Below the pieces are notes generated by a model that ran no database searches, was not told the DNA's origin, and saw nothing but the letters and a program-made list of their open reading frames with translations. A stretch of 64,000 nt of DNA, from NCBI GenBank assembly GCA_017992055.1, contig JAGOPK010000004.1, positions 112,165 through 176,164 on the forward strand, read 5' to 3'. This stretch comes from Burkholderiaceae bacterium. Lineage in GTDB: Bacteria; Pseudomonadota; Gammaproteobacteria; Burkholderiales; Burkholderiaceae_C. This document shows positions 1 through 10,796 of the stretch, one piece after another; within the stretch, counting starts at the first letter, position 1; each line of letters begins with the position of its first letter. Position numbers and translations under genes: made by a program.

Positions 1-2
1 AG

Positions 3-392
3 CCGGCGCCGGCCGCGCTGGCCGCCCAGCTGGGCCTGGAGGCCGGCGCGCCGGTGTTCCACACCCGCATCGTGCACCTGGAAAACGAGCTGCCGCTGCA
101 GTGCGAGGACCGCTACGTCAACCCGGCCGCCGCGCCGGACTATCTGGGCGTGGACTTCACGCAGACCACGCCCACGCGCTACCTGCTGCAGGTGGCGCCG
201 CTGTGGCAGGCCCAGTACAGCATCGAGGCCGCCCGGCCCACGGCCGAGGAGGCGCGCCTGCTGGGCATCGCGCCCACCGATCCCTGCCTGGTGGTGGTGC
301 GGCGCACCGTCAATGCCCAGCACCCGATCACGCTGGCGCGCCTGGTGCATCCGGGCCAGCGCTATCGCCTGGATGGAGCGTTTTCGCCATGA
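3..392 (+). CDS. hutC: Histidine utilization repressor (GntR/UTRA), 5'-truncated by window edge
   Basis: UTRA-like C-terminus (PLQCEDRYVNP...DFTQTTPTRYL...LARLVHPGQRY); heads a hutD/I/G/F run with ATGA overlaps. Confidence 0.85.
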   Translation, partial: PAPAALAAQLGLEAGAPVFHTRIVHLENELPLQCEDRYVNPAAAPDYLGVDFTQTTPTRYLLQVAPLWQAQYSIEAARPTAEEARLLGIAPTDPCLVVVRRTVNAQHPITLARLVHPGQRYRLDGAFSP

Positions 393-1249
393 GCCCGGTT
401 GCCCCTGATGACCTGGAGCGCCGCGCCGATGCGCTGGCCACGCCCGAGCAGGTGGCCGCCTACCAGCGCGACGGCGCGGTGCTGCTGCGCGGCCTGCTGA
501 ACCCGGCCGAGCTGGACCTGCTGCGCCAGGGCATCGCCGCCAACCTGGCCACGCCCAGCCCGCGCGCCATCGTCGCCAGCCAGCCCGACGATCCCGGCTT
601 CTTCATCGAGGACTTCTGCAACTGGGCCGACAACCCGGCCTACCGCGGGCTGATCGAGCAGGGCCCGCTGGCCGCCGTGGCCGGCCGGCTGATGCAAAGC
701 CGCACGGCCCGGCTGTACCACGACCACATGCTGAGCAAGGCGCCGGGCACACGCCAGCGCACGCCCTGGCACCAGGACCAGCCCTATTACAACGTCGATG
801 GTGTCCAGAACATCAGCTTCTGGATCCCGGCCGATCCGGTGTCGCGCGCGGCCACGCTGGAATTTGTCGCCGGCTCGCACCGCGGGCCCTGGCTGATGCC
901 GCGCACCTTCCTGGCGAACGAGGCGCGCTGGTTTCCCGAGGGCAGCCTGGCCGAGCTGCCCGACATCGAGGCCGACCGCGCCTCGGCCGCGCCGCAGCAC
1001 CGCATCCTGGGCTGGCCGCTGCAGCCGGGCGATGCCGTGGCCTTCCACATGCTGACCCTGCATGCCTCGGCCGGCACCGAGCCCGGCGCCAACCGGCGCG
1101 TGTTTTCGCTGCGCTTCCTGGGCGACGACATGCGCCATGCGCCCCGGCGCTGGACCACCTCGCCACCATTCCCCGGCCTGGAGGCCGAACTGCCGGCCGG
1201 CGCCGAGATGGACCATCCGCTGTTCCCATTGCTGTGGCAAGCCGCATGA
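389..1249 (+). CDS. Phytanoyl-CoA dioxygenase (PhyH)-family Fe(II)/2-oxoglutarate dioxygenase
   Basis: WHQD (HxD) motif plus distal His in FHMLTLHAS and RRVFSLRF; ATG overlaps hutC stop. Confidence 0.85.
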   Translation: MSPVAPDDLERRADALATPEQVAAYQRDGAVLLRGLLNPAELDLLRQGIAANLATPSPRAIVASQPDDPGFFIEDFCNWADNPAYRGLIEQGPLAAVAGRLMQSRTARLYHDHMLSKAPGTRQRTPWHQDQPYYNVDGVQNISFWIPADPVSRAATLEFVAGSHRGPWLMPRTFLANEARWFPEGSLAELPDIEADRASAAPQHRILGWPLQPGDAVAFHMLTLHASAGTEPGANRRVFSLRFLGDDMRHAPRRWTTSPPFPGLEAELPAGAEMDHPLFPLLWQAA

Positions 1250-1812
1250 TCGTGCTGCACGCGCCCAGCCAGCCGCCGCAGCCCTGGAAGAACGGCGGCG
1301 GCGTCACGCGCGAGCTGTTCACCGACCGCCCCGGCGATGCCTGGCGGCTGCGCATCAGCCTGGCCGACATCACGCGCGACGGACCGTTCTCGCCGTTTGC
1401 CGGCGTGCAGCGCTGGTTCACCGTGGTGCAGGGCGCCGGCGTGCGGCTGTCGTTCGCCGGTGGCGAGCGGCCGATGACGCCGAGCACGCCGCCGCTGGGC
1501 TTCGACGGTGCGGACGCGCCCGGCTGCCAGCTGATAGCCGGCGCGACGCGCGACCTGAACCTGATGCTGCGTGGCGTGGCCGGCGGCATGGCCGCGGTGC
1601 TGCCCGGCCAGCCATGGGTGCAGCGGGCCGCAGTGCGTGCCCTGTTCAGTGTGCAGCCGGCGCAGCTGCACATCGCTGGCCAGGCCTGGGCCGTCGAGGC
1701 GATGAGCCTGCTGCTGGACACCTCCGCCGACGCTGCCCCCTGGACCGTGCACGGCAATGGCCCGGCCTGGTGGCTGTGGGCCGATCTTCCACCCGACGAG
1801 GCGCCACGATGA
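1246..1812 (+). CDS. hutD: HutD/Ves family protein
   Basis: [12 protein letters not shown]...[24 protein letters not shown] signature. Confidence 0.9.
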   Translation: MIVLHAPSQPPQPWKNGGGVTRELFTDRPGDAWRLRISLADITRDGPFSPFAGVQRWFTVVQGAGVRLSFAGGERPMTPSTPPLGFDGADAPGCQLIAGATRDLNLMLRGVAGGMAAVLPGQPWVQRAAVRALFSVQPAQLHIAGQAWAVEAMSLLLDTSADAAPWTVHGNGPAWWLWADLPPDEAPR

Positions 1813-3044
1813 GCCTGAGCCTGTGGCGCGATGCGCGCCTGGTGAGCATGGACCCGGCCGCGGTGCCGGGCGACACGGACTGGGGCCTGCTGGACGACGG
1901 CGCCCTGGTGGTCGACGGCGAGCGCCTGGCCTGGGTCGGCGCGCTGTCCGACCTGCCGCCGGCGCTGCGCGGCCGCATCGGTGCCGAGCAGGGCCTGGGC
2001 GGCGCCCTGGTCACGCCCGGCCTGATCGATGCCCACACCCACCTGGTCTATGGCGGCCAGCGCGCGCGCGAGTTCGAGCTGCGCCTGCAGGGCGCGAGCT
2101 ACGAGGACATTGCCCGCGCGGGCGGCGGCATCCGCAGCACCGTGGCGGCCACGCGCGCGGCCAGCGACGACGCGCTGCTGCGCTCGGCCATGGCCCGCGC
2201 CCGGGTGCTGATGGCCGAGGGCGTGACCACGATCGAGATCAAGTCCGGCTACGGCCTCAGCGCCGAGCACGAGGCGCGCTGCCTGCGCGTGGCGCGGCGC
2301 CTGGGCCAGAGCCTGGCGCTGACCGTGCGCACCACGTCGCTGGCCGCCCATGCGCTGCCGCCCGAATACGCCGGCCGGGCCGACGACTACATCGAGGCCG
2401 CCACCGGCTGGCTGGCGTCGCAGGCCGCCGAGGGCCTGGTGGATGCGGTCGATGCCTTCTGCGACACCATCGGCTTCACGCCCGCGCAGACCGAGCGCAT
2501 GTTCCAGGCCGCGCAGCGCTTAAGCCTGCCGGTCAAGCTGCATGCCGAGCAGCTCAGCGACCAGGGCGGCGCCGCGCTGGCCGCACGTTATGGCGCCCTG
2601 AGCTGCGACCACCTGGAGCATCTGTCGCCGCAGGGCATCGCCGCCATGGCCGCAGCCGGCAGCGTGGCCGTGCTGCTGCCCGGCGCCTACTACTTTCTGC
2701 GCGACACGCACCTGCCGCCGGTGGCCGGCCTGCGCAGCGCCGGCGTGCCCATGGCCATCGCCAGCGACCACAACCCGGGCTCGTCCCCGGGCCTGTCGCT
2801 GCTGCTGATGCTGAACATGGCCTGCACCCTGTTCCGGCTGACGCCGGCCGAGGCCCTGGCCGGTGTCACCCGCCACGCGGCCCAGGCCCTGGGCCTGGGC
2901 GCCACGCACGGCCAGCTCAGCGCCGGGCGGGTGGCCGACTTTGCGGTCTACGATCTGGAACATCCGGCCGAGCTGGCCTACTGGTTCGGCCACAACCCCT
3001 GCCGGCGGGTGGTGCGCGCCGGTCTCGAACGGAGCGCCGCATGA
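1809..3044 (+). CDS. hutI: Imidazolonepropionase
   Basis: [45 protein letters not shown] motifs. Confidence 0.95.
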   Translation: MSLSLWRDARLVSMDPAAVPGDTDWGLLDDGALVVDGERLAWVGALSDLPPALRGRIGAEQGLGGALVTPGLIDAHTHLVYGGQRAREFELRLQGASYEDIARAGGGIRSTVAATRAASDDALLRSAMARARVLMAEGVTTIEIKSGYGLSAEHEARCLRVARRLGQSLALTVRTTSLAAHALPPEYAGRADDYIEAATGWLASQAAEGLVDAVDAFCDTIGFTPAQTERMFQAAQRLSLPVKLHAEQLSDQGGAALAARYGALSCDHLEHLSPQGIAAMAAAGSVAVLLPGAYYFLRDTHLPPVAGLRSAGVPMAIASDHNPGSSPGLSLLLMLNMACTLFRLTPAEALAGVTRHAAQALGLGATHGQLSAGRVADFAVYDLEHPAELAYWFGHNPCRRVVRAGLERSAA

Positions 3045-3847
3045 TCACTGCCGACCGACCCATCTTCACGCTGCACCGCGGCCGCACGCCGCTGCTGGTG
3101 AGCCTGCCGCATGTGGGCACGCAAGTCCCAGGCTGGCTGGCGCCACGGCTGCAGGCCGAGGCCCTGGCGGTGCCGGACACCGACTGGCATCTGCAGCGGC
3201 TGTACGGCTTTGTCAAGGACCTGGGCGCCAGCCTGATCGTGCCCAGCCACAGCCGCTATGTGGTGGACCTGAACCGCCCGCCCGAAAACGCGCCGATGTA
3301 CCCGGGCGCCAACAACACCGAGCTGTGCCCGACGCGGTTCTTCACCGGCGCGCCGCTGTACCGCGACGGCCAGGCGCCCGACGCGGCCGAGGTGGCCCAG
3401 CGCGTGGCCGCGTACTGGAAGCCCTACCACGATGCCCTGGGCGGCGAGCTGGCGCGGCTGAAATCGGCCCACGGCCATGCCATCCTGTTCGACGGCCACA
3501 GCATCAAGGGCGAGCTGCCCTGGCTGTTCGACGGCCGGCTGTGGGACCTGAACCTGGGCACGGCCAATGGTGCGGCCTGCACGCCCGGGCTGCAGGCCGC
3601 GCTGGATGCGGTGCTGGCCGGGCAGAGCCGCTACAGCCACATCAGCAACGGCCGCTTCAAGGGTGGCCACATCACCCGCTTCTACGGCCGGCCCGCTGAA
3701 GGCGTGCAGGCGGTGCAGATGGAGATGTGCTGGCACTGCTACATGGACGAGACGCCGCCCTTCGCCTACCGCGAGGACCTGGCGGCCCAGGTGCAGCCGG
3801 TGCTGCGTGGCCTGGTCCAGGCCATGCTGGCCTGGCAGCCGGCATGA
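3041..3847 (+). CDS. hutG: N-formylglutamate deformylase
   Basis: [50 protein letters not shown]. Confidence 0.93.
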   Translation: MITADRPIFTLHRGRTPLLVSLPHVGTQVPGWLAPRLQAEALAVPDTDWHLQRLYGFVKDLGASLIVPSHSRYVVDLNRPPENAPMYPGANNTELCPTRFFTGAPLYRDGQAPDAAEVAQRVAAYWKPYHDALGGELARLKSAHGHAILFDGHSIKGELPWLFDGRLWDLNLGTANGAACTPGLQAALDAVLAGQSRYSHISNGRFKGGHITRFYGRPAEGVQAVQMEMCWHCYMDETPPFAYREDLAAQVQPVLRGLVQAMLAWQPA

Positions 3848-5178
3848 GCGGCCCGCACGCCGAGCGCCTGCTGTGGGCGCCCCAGGCCTGGGTGGATGGC
3901 CGCTGGCAGCAGCGGGTGCTGCTGGCCATCGATGGCCGGGGCCGCTGGCAGTCGGTGACGCCCGACCGGGCCTGTCCCGACGGCGCGCGTGCGCTGGCCG
4001 GACCGGTGCTGCCGGCGCTGGCCAATGCCCACAGCCATGCCTTCCAGCGCGCCTTTGCCGGCCTGGCCGAGCGCCGCGACAGCGCCCACGACGATTTCTG
4101 GAGCTGGCGAGACCGCATGTACGGCGTGGCCCTGCGCATCACGCCTGAAGAGCTGGGCACGGTGGCGCGCCAGCTCTATGCCGAGCTGCTGGCCGGCGGC
4201 TTCAGCCAGGTCTGCGAATTCCACTACCTGCAGCACCAGCCCGATGGCCGTCCTTATGCCGGCGAGCATGGCCAGCTGAGCATGGCCCGCGCCCTGGCCG
4301 AGGCGGCGCAGGAGGTGGGCATCGGCCTGACCCTGCTGCCGGTGCTGTACCAGCGCGCCGGCTTCGCCCAGCCGACGCTGCGCCCCGACCAGCGGCGCTT
4401 TGCCACCACGCCGGCCCAGGTGCTGGCCATGCGCGACGGCATCCGCGCCTGGGGCCTGCCCGGCGTCAGCGCCGGCGTGGCCATCCATTCGCTTCGCGCC
4501 GCCGCGCCCGAGTCCATCACCGAGCTGGCGGCCGGCTGCGATGGCGACGCCGCGCCCATCCACCTGCACATCGCCGAGCAGACCGCCGAGGTGGCCGACT
4601 GCCTGGCCGCCACCGGCCAGCGGCCCATCGAGTGGCTGGCCCGGCATGTGGCGCTCGACGCGCGCTGGCAGCTGGTGCATGCCACGCATGCCGAGCCGGC
4701 CGAGATCGAAGCCGTGGCCGCGGCCGGCGCCGGCGTGGTGATCTGCCCCAGCACCGAGGCCAACCTGGGCGACGGCCTGTGCGACCTGCCACGCTGGCTG
4801 GCCAGCGGCGCGGCGCTGAGCGTGGGCACAGACAGCCATGTGGGCCGCGCCTGGCCGGCCGAGCTGCAGCTGCTGGAATACGGCCAGCGCCTGGCGCTGC
4901 GCCAGCGCAATGTGGCGGCCGATCCGGCCGTGCAGCCGTCCACCGCGGCGCGGCTCTACCAGCGCCTGTCCGCCGGCGGTGCAGCAGCGGCGGGCTTTGC
5001 GCGCTGGGGCCTGCAGGCCGGCGCGCGGGCCGACTGGACGGTGCTGGACACCCGCGTCTCGGGCCTGGCCGGCGTGCCGGCCGAGCATTGGCTGGATGCG
5101 CTGGTGTTCAGCACCGCCGCGCCGGCATTTGCCGAGGTGGGCGTGGCCGGGGTTCAGCGCCGCAGCGGCAATCGGTAA
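3844..5178 (+). CDS. hutF: Formimidoylglutamate deiminase
   Basis: NAHSHAFQRAFAG, DDFWSWRDRMY, CEFHYLQH, CPSTEANLGDG. Confidence 0.95.
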   Translation: MSGPHAERLLWAPQAWVDGRWQQRVLLAIDGRGRWQSVTPDRACPDGARALAGPVLPALANAHSHAFQRAFAGLAERRDSAHDDFWSWRDRMYGVALRITPEELGTVARQLYAELLAGGFSQVCEFHYLQHQPDGRPYAGEHGQLSMARALAEAAQEVGIGLTLLPVLYQRAGFAQPTLRPDQRRFATTPAQVLAMRDGIRAWGLPGVSAGVAIHSLRAAAPESITELAAGCDGDAAPIHLHIAEQTAEVADCLAATGQRPIEWLARHVALDARWQLVHATHAEPAEIEAVAAAGAGVVICPSTEANLGDGLCDLPRWLASGAALSVGTDSHVGRAWPAELQLLEYGQRLALRQRNVAADPAVQPSTAARLYQRLSAGGAAAAGFARWGLQAGARADWTVLDTRVSGLAGVPAEHWLDALVFSTAAPAFAEVGVAGVQRRSGNR

Positions 5179-5642
5179 AAGCGCGTGTCCACCGCCATGC
5201 GCACAAACGCCGGCGGCAGCTCGGCGGGGTCGATCTGGTCAAAGCCGTTCTTCTCGTAGAAGCGGTGCGCGGCCAGAAACTGCGCCGTCGTGCCCAGGTA
5301 GATGTGCGACAGCCCGTGGCCGGCGGCCCAGTCCAGCAGGGTGTCCAGCAGGCGCTGCGCCACGCCATGCTCGCGGCCACGCCAGGGCTGGGCCACGAAC
5401 ATCTTGCGCAGCGCCGCCTGGCCCTGGCCGATGTCCTGCAGCGCAATCGTGCCCACGATGCGGCCATCGGCCTCGGCCACCCAGAAGTTGCCGCGGCCGT
5501 GCTGGTAGCAGCCGTGGATGTCGGCCAGGTCCGGCTGGTCGGCCAGCGTGATGGGGATGCCGAACTCGGCCTGCTGGATCGGCAGGATCAGCGCCGCCAC
5601 GGCGGCGCCGTCGGCGGGAACGCAGGGGCGGATGATGGGCAT
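5154..5642 (-). CDS. GNAT-family N-acetyltransferase
   Basis: LRKMFV..WRG.EHGVAQRLL motif A, AAHRFYEKNGF motif B. Confidence 0.9.
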   Translation of the reverse strand: MPIIRPCVPADGAAVAALILPIQQAEFGIPITLADQPDLADIHGCYQHGRGNFWVAEADGRIVGTIALQDIGQGQAALRKMFVAQPWRGREHGVAQRLLDTLLDWAAGHGLSHIYLGTTAQFLAAHRFYEKNGFDQIDPAELPPAFVRMAVDTRFYRLPLRR

Positions 5643-5649
5643 GCTTGGC

Positions 5650-5742
5650 TCAGCCTGCAGACGGACCGAAGCCGCCGATCACGCCGGCCAGTGCGGACGG
5701 CGGGGACAGACAGCACAGCGGGGCGATCGGCAGGTGGCTCAT
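5650..5742 (-). CDS. Possible 30-aa small ORF (MSHLPIAPLCCLSPPSALAGVIGGFGPSAG) upstream of the GNAT gene
   Basis: ATG with GAGG 4 nt upstream; stop 7 nt before the GNAT ATG; no homology recognised. Confidence 0.25.
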   Translation of the reverse strand: MSHLPIAPLCCLSPPSALAGVIGGFGPSAG

Positions 5743-5906
5743 GGCGCCTCAGGAGAGGTCGTAGGAACTCGGCAAAAGAGGCGAGGCATGTGGCCGGCCG
5801 GCTGGCGGCCGCTCCAATCCCAAGCATACGGGTTGTTTCCTAGCCGGCGCGGCCGCGGTTTGCCGCTACCCTCCTGCGCTTGCACAGACAAACCCGGAGT
5901 CCCCCC

Positions 5907-6599
5907 ATGGCACAGTCCATCAGCTTCCAGCGCCCGGATGGGCAAAGCGTCAACGGCTACCTGGCCACACCGGCCTCGGGCAGCGGCCCGGGCGTGGTAG
6001 TGATCCAGGAATGGTGGGGCCTGAACGACCAGATCCGCGGCGTGGCCGACCGCCTGGCCGAGGCCGGCTATGTGGCCCTGGTGCCCGATCTGTACCGCGG
6101 CAAGAGCACGGTCGAGGCCGAAGAAGCCCACCATCTGATGACCGGCCTGAACTTCGGCGATGCGGCCGGCCAGGACGTGCGCGGCGCGGTGCAGCACCTC
6201 AAGGCCGCGGGCTGCGCCAAGGTCGGCGTCACCGGCTTCTGCATGGGCGGCGCGCTGACCCTGCTGACCCTGGCCAATGTGCCCGAGGCCGATGCCGGCG
6301 TGGTCTGGTACGGCCTGCCGCCGCTGGAGTACCTGGACGCCAGCAAGATCAAGGTGCCGCTGCTGGCGCACTGGGCCACGCAGGATGGCGCCTTTCCCAT
6401 CGCCAGCGTCGATGCGCTGGACGAGGTGCTGAAGGGCGCCGGCGTGGCCTACACCGGCCACCGCTACCTGGCCCAGCATGCCTTTGCCAACGAGACGGCC
6501 ACCGGTCGCAACCGCATCGCCATCACCCAGTACGACCCGGCCTGGGCGCAGATCGCCTGGGACCGCACGCTGCGCTTCTTCGGCGCGACGCTGGGCTGA
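5907..6599 (+). CDS. Dienelactone hydrolase family protein
   Basis: VIQEWWGLN, GFCMGG nucleophile elbow, HAFAN. Confidence 0.92.
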   Translation: MAQSISFQRPDGQSVNGYLATPASGSGPGVVVIQEWWGLNDQIRGVADRLAEAGYVALVPDLYRGKSTVEAEEAHHLMTGLNFGDAAGQDVRGAVQHLKAAGCAKVGVTGFCMGGALTLLTLANVPEADAGVVWYGLPPLEYLDASKIKVPLLAHWATQDGAFPIASVDALDEVLKGAGVAYTGHRYLAQHAFANETATGRNRIAITQYDPAWAQIAWDRTLRFFGATLG

Positions 6600-6616
6600 G
6601 CGGCGCGGCCGACGGC

Positions 6617-7528
6617 TCAGTCGGCTTCAGTCTCCGTATCCATGTCCCCGCCATCGGGCTGGGCCTGGGCCGCGGCCCGCGACCAGGCCTGGAACTGCTC
6701 GGGCGTCTCCAGCGTGATGCGGCCCAGCAGGCCCTGGCGGAACTCGTGGATCAGCACCTCGGCCGCCTTCTGCAGATTGAGCTGGCCGCCGGCCAGCACC
6801 GCGCCGCGCTTGCGCGCCAGCCGGGCCAGCAGCTCGTCGGCCGTGGCCTCGGCCGGCGTGTCGATGCCGTAGCGCTGGGCCATGGCCTGCGGATAGCCCG
6901 ACTGCAGGCGCTGGATCAGCTCCAGCGCCACGCTTTCTTCGTCCAGCGCATTGCGGCCCACGGCGCCGCTGGCGGCCAGGTTCCAGCCGCACTCCGGGGC
7001 GGCGATCTTGGGCCACAGCATGCCGGGGGTGTCGAAGATCAGGCAGTCCTGGCCCAGCATCAGCCGCTGCTCGGTCTTGGTGATGCCGGGCTCGTCGCCG
7101 GTCTTGGTGGCGCGGCGCCCGCCCATCAGCGCATTGATGAAGCTGGACTTGCCGACATTGGGAATGCCGCAGATCAGCAGCCGCAGCGGCTTGACGGCGC
7201 TGTTGCGCGTGGGCGCCAGCTCGCGGCAGGCCGCCAGCAAGGCCTTGGCCGGCGCGCGCGTGGCCTGCAGCTCGCGGGCGCGGGTGTGGGGCAGGGCATT
7301 GAAATGCGCCAGCCAGGCGGCGGTGCGCTGCGGGTCGGCCAGGTCCTGCTTGTTCAGCAGCTTCAGCGTCGGCTTGTGCGCGGTCAGCTGCTGCAGCAGC
7401 GGGTTCTGGCTGCTGCCGGGGCAGCGGGCATCGAGCAGCTCGACCACCACGTCGATGCCTGCCTTCATGCGCTCGCGGATGGCCTGCCGCGTCAGGTGCA
7501 TGTGGCCGGGAAACCATTGGATGCTCAA
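6617..7528 (-). CDS. ylqF: Ribosome biogenesis GTPase YlqF/RbgA
   Basis: IQWFPGHM N-terminus; NKQD, GIPNVGKS, DTPG circularly permuted GTPase motifs. Confidence 0.95.
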   Translation of the reverse strand: MSIQWFPGHMHLTRQAIRERMKAGIDVVVELLDARCPGSSQNPLLQQLTAHKPTLKLLNKQDLADPQRTAAWLAHFNALPHTRARELQATRAPAKALLAACRELAPTRNSAVKPLRLLICGIPNVGKSSFINALMGGRRATKTGDEPGITKTEQRLMLGQDCLIFDTPGMLWPKIAAPECGWNLAASGAVGRNALDEESVALELIQRLQSGYPQAMAQRYGIDTPAEATADELLARLARKRGAVLAGGQLNLQKAAEVLIHEFRQGLLGRITLETPEQFQAWSRAAAQAQPDGGDMDTETEAD

Positions 7529-7538
7529 GGCGGTCCTT

Positions 7539-8723
7539 TCAGCGGCTGGCCGCCGGGCTGGCCCGCCAGGCGGCCACGGCCCGGCCCAGCTCGATCACCG
7601 CCAGCGCGTAGTAAGCCGACCAGTTGTAGCGGGTGACGGCATAGAAGTTGGCCGTGCCGGCGATGTGGCTGGGCGCGGCCTCGCCGTTTTGCAGCTCCAC
7701 CAGGGCCAGCGGGCCGGCATGGGCCCGGCCGGCGGCGTCCAGCTCGGCGCCGCGCTCGGCAAACTGCTGGGCGCTGTGCGTGGGCAGGATGTCGCCGGCC
7801 AGCAGGGCCGCACGCGCGGCCGTGTCCACCGGCGGCTTGACGGCAAAGTGCGTGGCCAGGCCACGCTGCCAGCCGTGCTCGGCCAGGTAGTGGGCGATGC
7901 TGCCGATCACGTCGGCGGGGTTGGCCGCCATGTCGATGTGGCCGTCGCCGTCAAAGTCCACGGCAAAACGGTTGATGCTGCCGGGCATGAACTGGCCCAG
8001 GCCCATGGCGCCGGCAAACGAGCCCTTGACCTGCTCCGGCGCCTGGCCCTCGCGCTGCATCAGCGCCAGAAACTGGCCCAGTTCGTCGCGGAAGAAGGGC
8101 GTGCGATCGCGACGACCGCTGGGGAAATCCAGGCTCAGCGTGGCCAGCGCATCCAGCACGCGAAAGCCGCCCATCACCCGGCCGTAGAAGGTCTCGACGC
8201 CGATGATGCCGACCACGATCTCGGCCGGCACGCCATAACGCTGCTCGGCAGCGTCCAGCCAGCGCGCCTGCTGGTCCCAGAAGGCGGCGCCGGCCTTCAG
8301 CCGCTCGGGCTCGATGAAGCGCTCGCGGTAGGCGGCCCAGTTCTTGGCCGTGCCGGCCGGCGGCGGCATGATCAGCCGCTGCACCGCGGCCAGCTGACGC
8401 GCCTGCAGCAGCTGGGCCTCGACCCAGGCGCGCTCCAGGCGGTGCTGCTCGGCGATGGCCGCGGCCAGGGCCAGCAAGGCCTCGCGGCGCTCGGGCAGGC
8501 TGGCATAGCTGGGGCCGTCGGCAGGCTGGGGCTTGGCTGCCCGGGTCGCCTTGCCTGATTTGGCCGATTTGGCCGCCGACTTGCCTGGTTTGCCGGCCTT
8601 CGCGGCCTTGCCAGGCTTGGCCGGCGCCGCCTGCAGCGGCGACATCCCGCCCAGTGCGGCAGCGCAAAACAGCACGGCAAGACGGGCGGCCAGGGCCGGG
8701 CGGAGGCGAAAGTTCAGAAGCAC
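7539..8723 (-). CDS. mltB: Lytic murein transglycosylase B
   Basis: IIGVETFYG, GSFAGAMGLGQFMPGS, VDFDGDGHID, NFYAVTRYNWS. Confidence 0.93.
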   Translation of the reverse strand: MLLNFRLRPALAARLAVLFCAAALGGMSPLQAAPAKPGKAAKAGKPGKSAAKSAKSGKATRAAKPQPADGPSYASLPERREALLALAAAIAEQHRLERAWVEAQLLQARQLAAVQRLIMPPPAGTAKNWAAYRERFIEPERLKAGAAFWDQQARWLDAAEQRYGVPAEIVVGIIGVETFYGRVMGGFRVLDALATLSLDFPSGRRDRTPFFRDELGQFLALMQREGQAPEQVKGSFAGAMGLGQFMPGSINRFAVDFDGDGHIDMAANPADVIGSIAHYLAEHGWQRGLATHFAVKPPVDTAARAALLAGDILPTHSAQQFAERGAELDAAGRAHAGPLALVELQNGEAAPSHIAGTANFYAVTRYNWSAYYALAVIELGRAVAAWRASPAASR

Positions 8724-8730
8724 CGGCCGA

Positions 8731-10791
8731 TTATGTCGGCGCCGTCAGCCGGCCGGCGGCGTCCAGCAGGCGCCGGCTCAGTGCCTTGGGCGGGGCGCGC
8801 AGGGTGCGGACACCCGCGCCGGCCGCCGGCGCATAGCGCAGCCGCTCCAGCTCCAGCAGGGCCTGGGTCAGCTCGGCGGCGGCCGGCTGCGGCTGCAGCC
8901 GCGCCAACAGGCCAGCCAGGGTGCGTGGCCCATGGTGCGGCCGCGCCGCCAGGCCGGCGCGCTGCAGCGCCGCCACCAGGCGCTGCTGCAGGCGCTGCCA
9001 GGGGTCTTGCCGATGGCGGTCCCACCAGGCCCAGCCGGCCGCGGCCAGGGCCAGCGTGGACAGCGCGCCCACCAGCAGGCGCAGCAGCTGGGTCCAGTCC
9101 GGCAGATCGAAGCCCAGGCCCTTGAGCAGGCCCATCTGCTGGCTGCGCGACCAGCCCATGATCCATTGCGTCCAGCGGCTGTCCATCAGCTCCCAGGCCT
9201 GGCGCAGCTGGGCGGCCAGGGCCGGGCTCATGGTGCGCAGCGCGCCGGCCACGAAGCCCGGCCGCGGCGGCAGCGGGCGGCTGGCACGCACCCGCTCGGG
9301 CGCCACCGCGGCCGTGGGATCGGCGCGCAGCCAGCCCTCGCCGGCCTGCCAGAACTCGGCCCAGGCATGGGCATGGCTCTGGCGCACGACGCGAAAGCCG
9401 TCGGCATCGGGCGGCTCGGCGCCCTGGTAGCCGGTGACCACCCGCGCCGGCACGCCCATGCCGCGCATCATGACCACGAAGGCGGTGGCGAAATGCTCGC
9501 AAAAGCCCTCGCGGCCGTCGAACCAGAACTCGTCCACCGCCTCGCGGCCATACAGCCGCGGCGTCATGGTGTAGACGTAGTTGCCCTGGCGGATCTGCGC
9601 CTGCAGCATCGCCGCCAGCGTGCGCGCGTCGGCCTGCGGCAGCTGGCGCCGGGTCTGCTGGGCCCAGGCCAGCGCTCGGGGATTGAAGCCCACCGGCAGC
9701 CGTGTCAGCGCCAGCCGCTCCAGCGGCGCCAGGTCCAGGCCATGCTGGAAGCGGGTGTGGGCCTGGCCCTGCACGCGCAGCCGCTCGCTGATCAGCCGGC
9801 CGGCCTGCCATTGCAGGTCATGGCCCAGCCAGGGCCGGGTCTCGCCCTGGGGCTGCAGCTGCAGGCTGTCGGGCCGGGTGGCCTCCAGCAGCGGCAGCAC
9901 GGCCAGGCGGATGGGCTCGAACAGCACCTCGTAGCGCTGCGGCGCGCCGGCCAGCTGCAGGTCCAGGTCCTGCGGCGGCGGCCAGGCCGAGCGCAGGCCG
10001 GCCTGCCACTCCAGGCCGTCGAAGCGTGACAGCACCGGGCCGCGGAAGTACAGCTCCTGAGGCGGCGGCGCCGCACCGTCAAAGCGGATGCGGAAGGCGA
10101 TGCTGTCGTCGTTGGCCAGGTCGGCCACGCCGCCCATGCGCAGCGTGCCCGACAGGCCGGTGCGGCCCACGCTGTCCTGCGGCAGGCTCCACAGCGGGCC
10201 GAAACGCGGGAACAGCACAAACAGCAGGGCCATCAGCGGCAGGCCCCACAGCGCCGAGCGTGCGGCCAGGCGCGCCGCCTGCCACAGCGGCGGCCGGCCC
10301 ACCGGCATGTTGGACAGCACCAGGGCCGTCAGCAGGCCCCAGGTGGCGGCCAGCATGGCCAGCGTGATGCCCAGCGACTGCGAGTACAGCGCATTCGTCA
10401 GCACCAGGAAGAAGCCGAGGAAGAACACCACCATCGCATCGCGGCGCGCGCGCAGCTCCAGCGTTTTCAGCGCCAGCAGCAGCACCAGCAGCGTGAGCCC
10501 GGCCTCGCGGCCGAGCAGGGTGCGCTCGGTGGCCAGCGTGGCCGCCACCGCGCCCAGCAGCACCGCCAGCACCGGCCAGCGCCCGGGCAGGTTGCGACCG
10601 GCCAGCGCGATCTGCGTGCGCCAGCCCAGCACCACCGCGGTGAGCAGGCCGCACCACAGCGGCAGATGCCACAGGTGCGGCGCCACGGTCAGCGCAATCA
10701 CCGCCAGCTGGAACAGCGTGTCGCGGGTGTCGCGTGGCCAGTGCCGCCATTGCAGCCAGCCCGTGCGGCGCCGACCCGGTGTTGCCAGCAT
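8731..10791 (-). CDS. Membrane transglutaminase-domain protein (DUF3488, TgpA-like)
   Basis: Multi-TM N-terminus; GFCEHFA (Cys), HAWAE (His), RADPT (Asp) triad. Confidence 0.9.
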   Translation of the reverse strand: MLATPGRRRTGWLQWRHWPRDTRDTLFQLAVIALTVAPHLWHLPLWCGLLTAVVLGWRTQIALAGRNLPGRWPVLAVLLGAVAATLATERTLLGREAGLTLLVLLLALKTLELRARRDAMVVFFLGFFLVLTNALYSQSLGITLAMLAATWGLLTALVLSNMPVGRPPLWQAARLAARSALWGLPLMALLFVLFPRFGPLWSLPQDSVGRTGLSGTLRMGGVADLANDDSIAFRIRFDGAAPPPQELYFRGPVLSRFDGLEWQAGLRSAWPPPQDLDLQLAGAPQRYEVLFEPIRLAVLPLLEATRPDSLQLQPQGETRPWLGHDLQWQAGRLISERLRVQGQAHTRFQHGLDLAPLERLALTRLPVGFNPRALAWAQQTRRQLPQADARTLAAMLQAQIRQGNYVYTMTPRLYGREAVDEFWFDGREGFCEHFATAFVVMMRGMGVPARVVTGYQGAEPPDADGFRVVRQSHAHAWAEFWQAGEGWLRADPTAAVAPERVRASRPLPPRPGFVAGALRTMSPALAAQLRQAWELMDSRWTQWIMGWSRSQQMGLLKGLGFDLPDWTQLLRLLVGALSTLALAAAGWAWWDRHRQDPWQRLQQRLVAALQRAGLAARPHHGPRTLAGLLARLQPQPAAAELTQALLELERLRYAPAAGAGVRTLRAPPKALSRRLLDAAGRLTAPT

Positions 10792-10796
10792 GGACC

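Noticed and set aside
5743-5800. Glycine-riboswitch-like words (CTCAGG, GGAGAG, AAAAG)
   Set aside because: Wrong order and spacing, and no supporting stems
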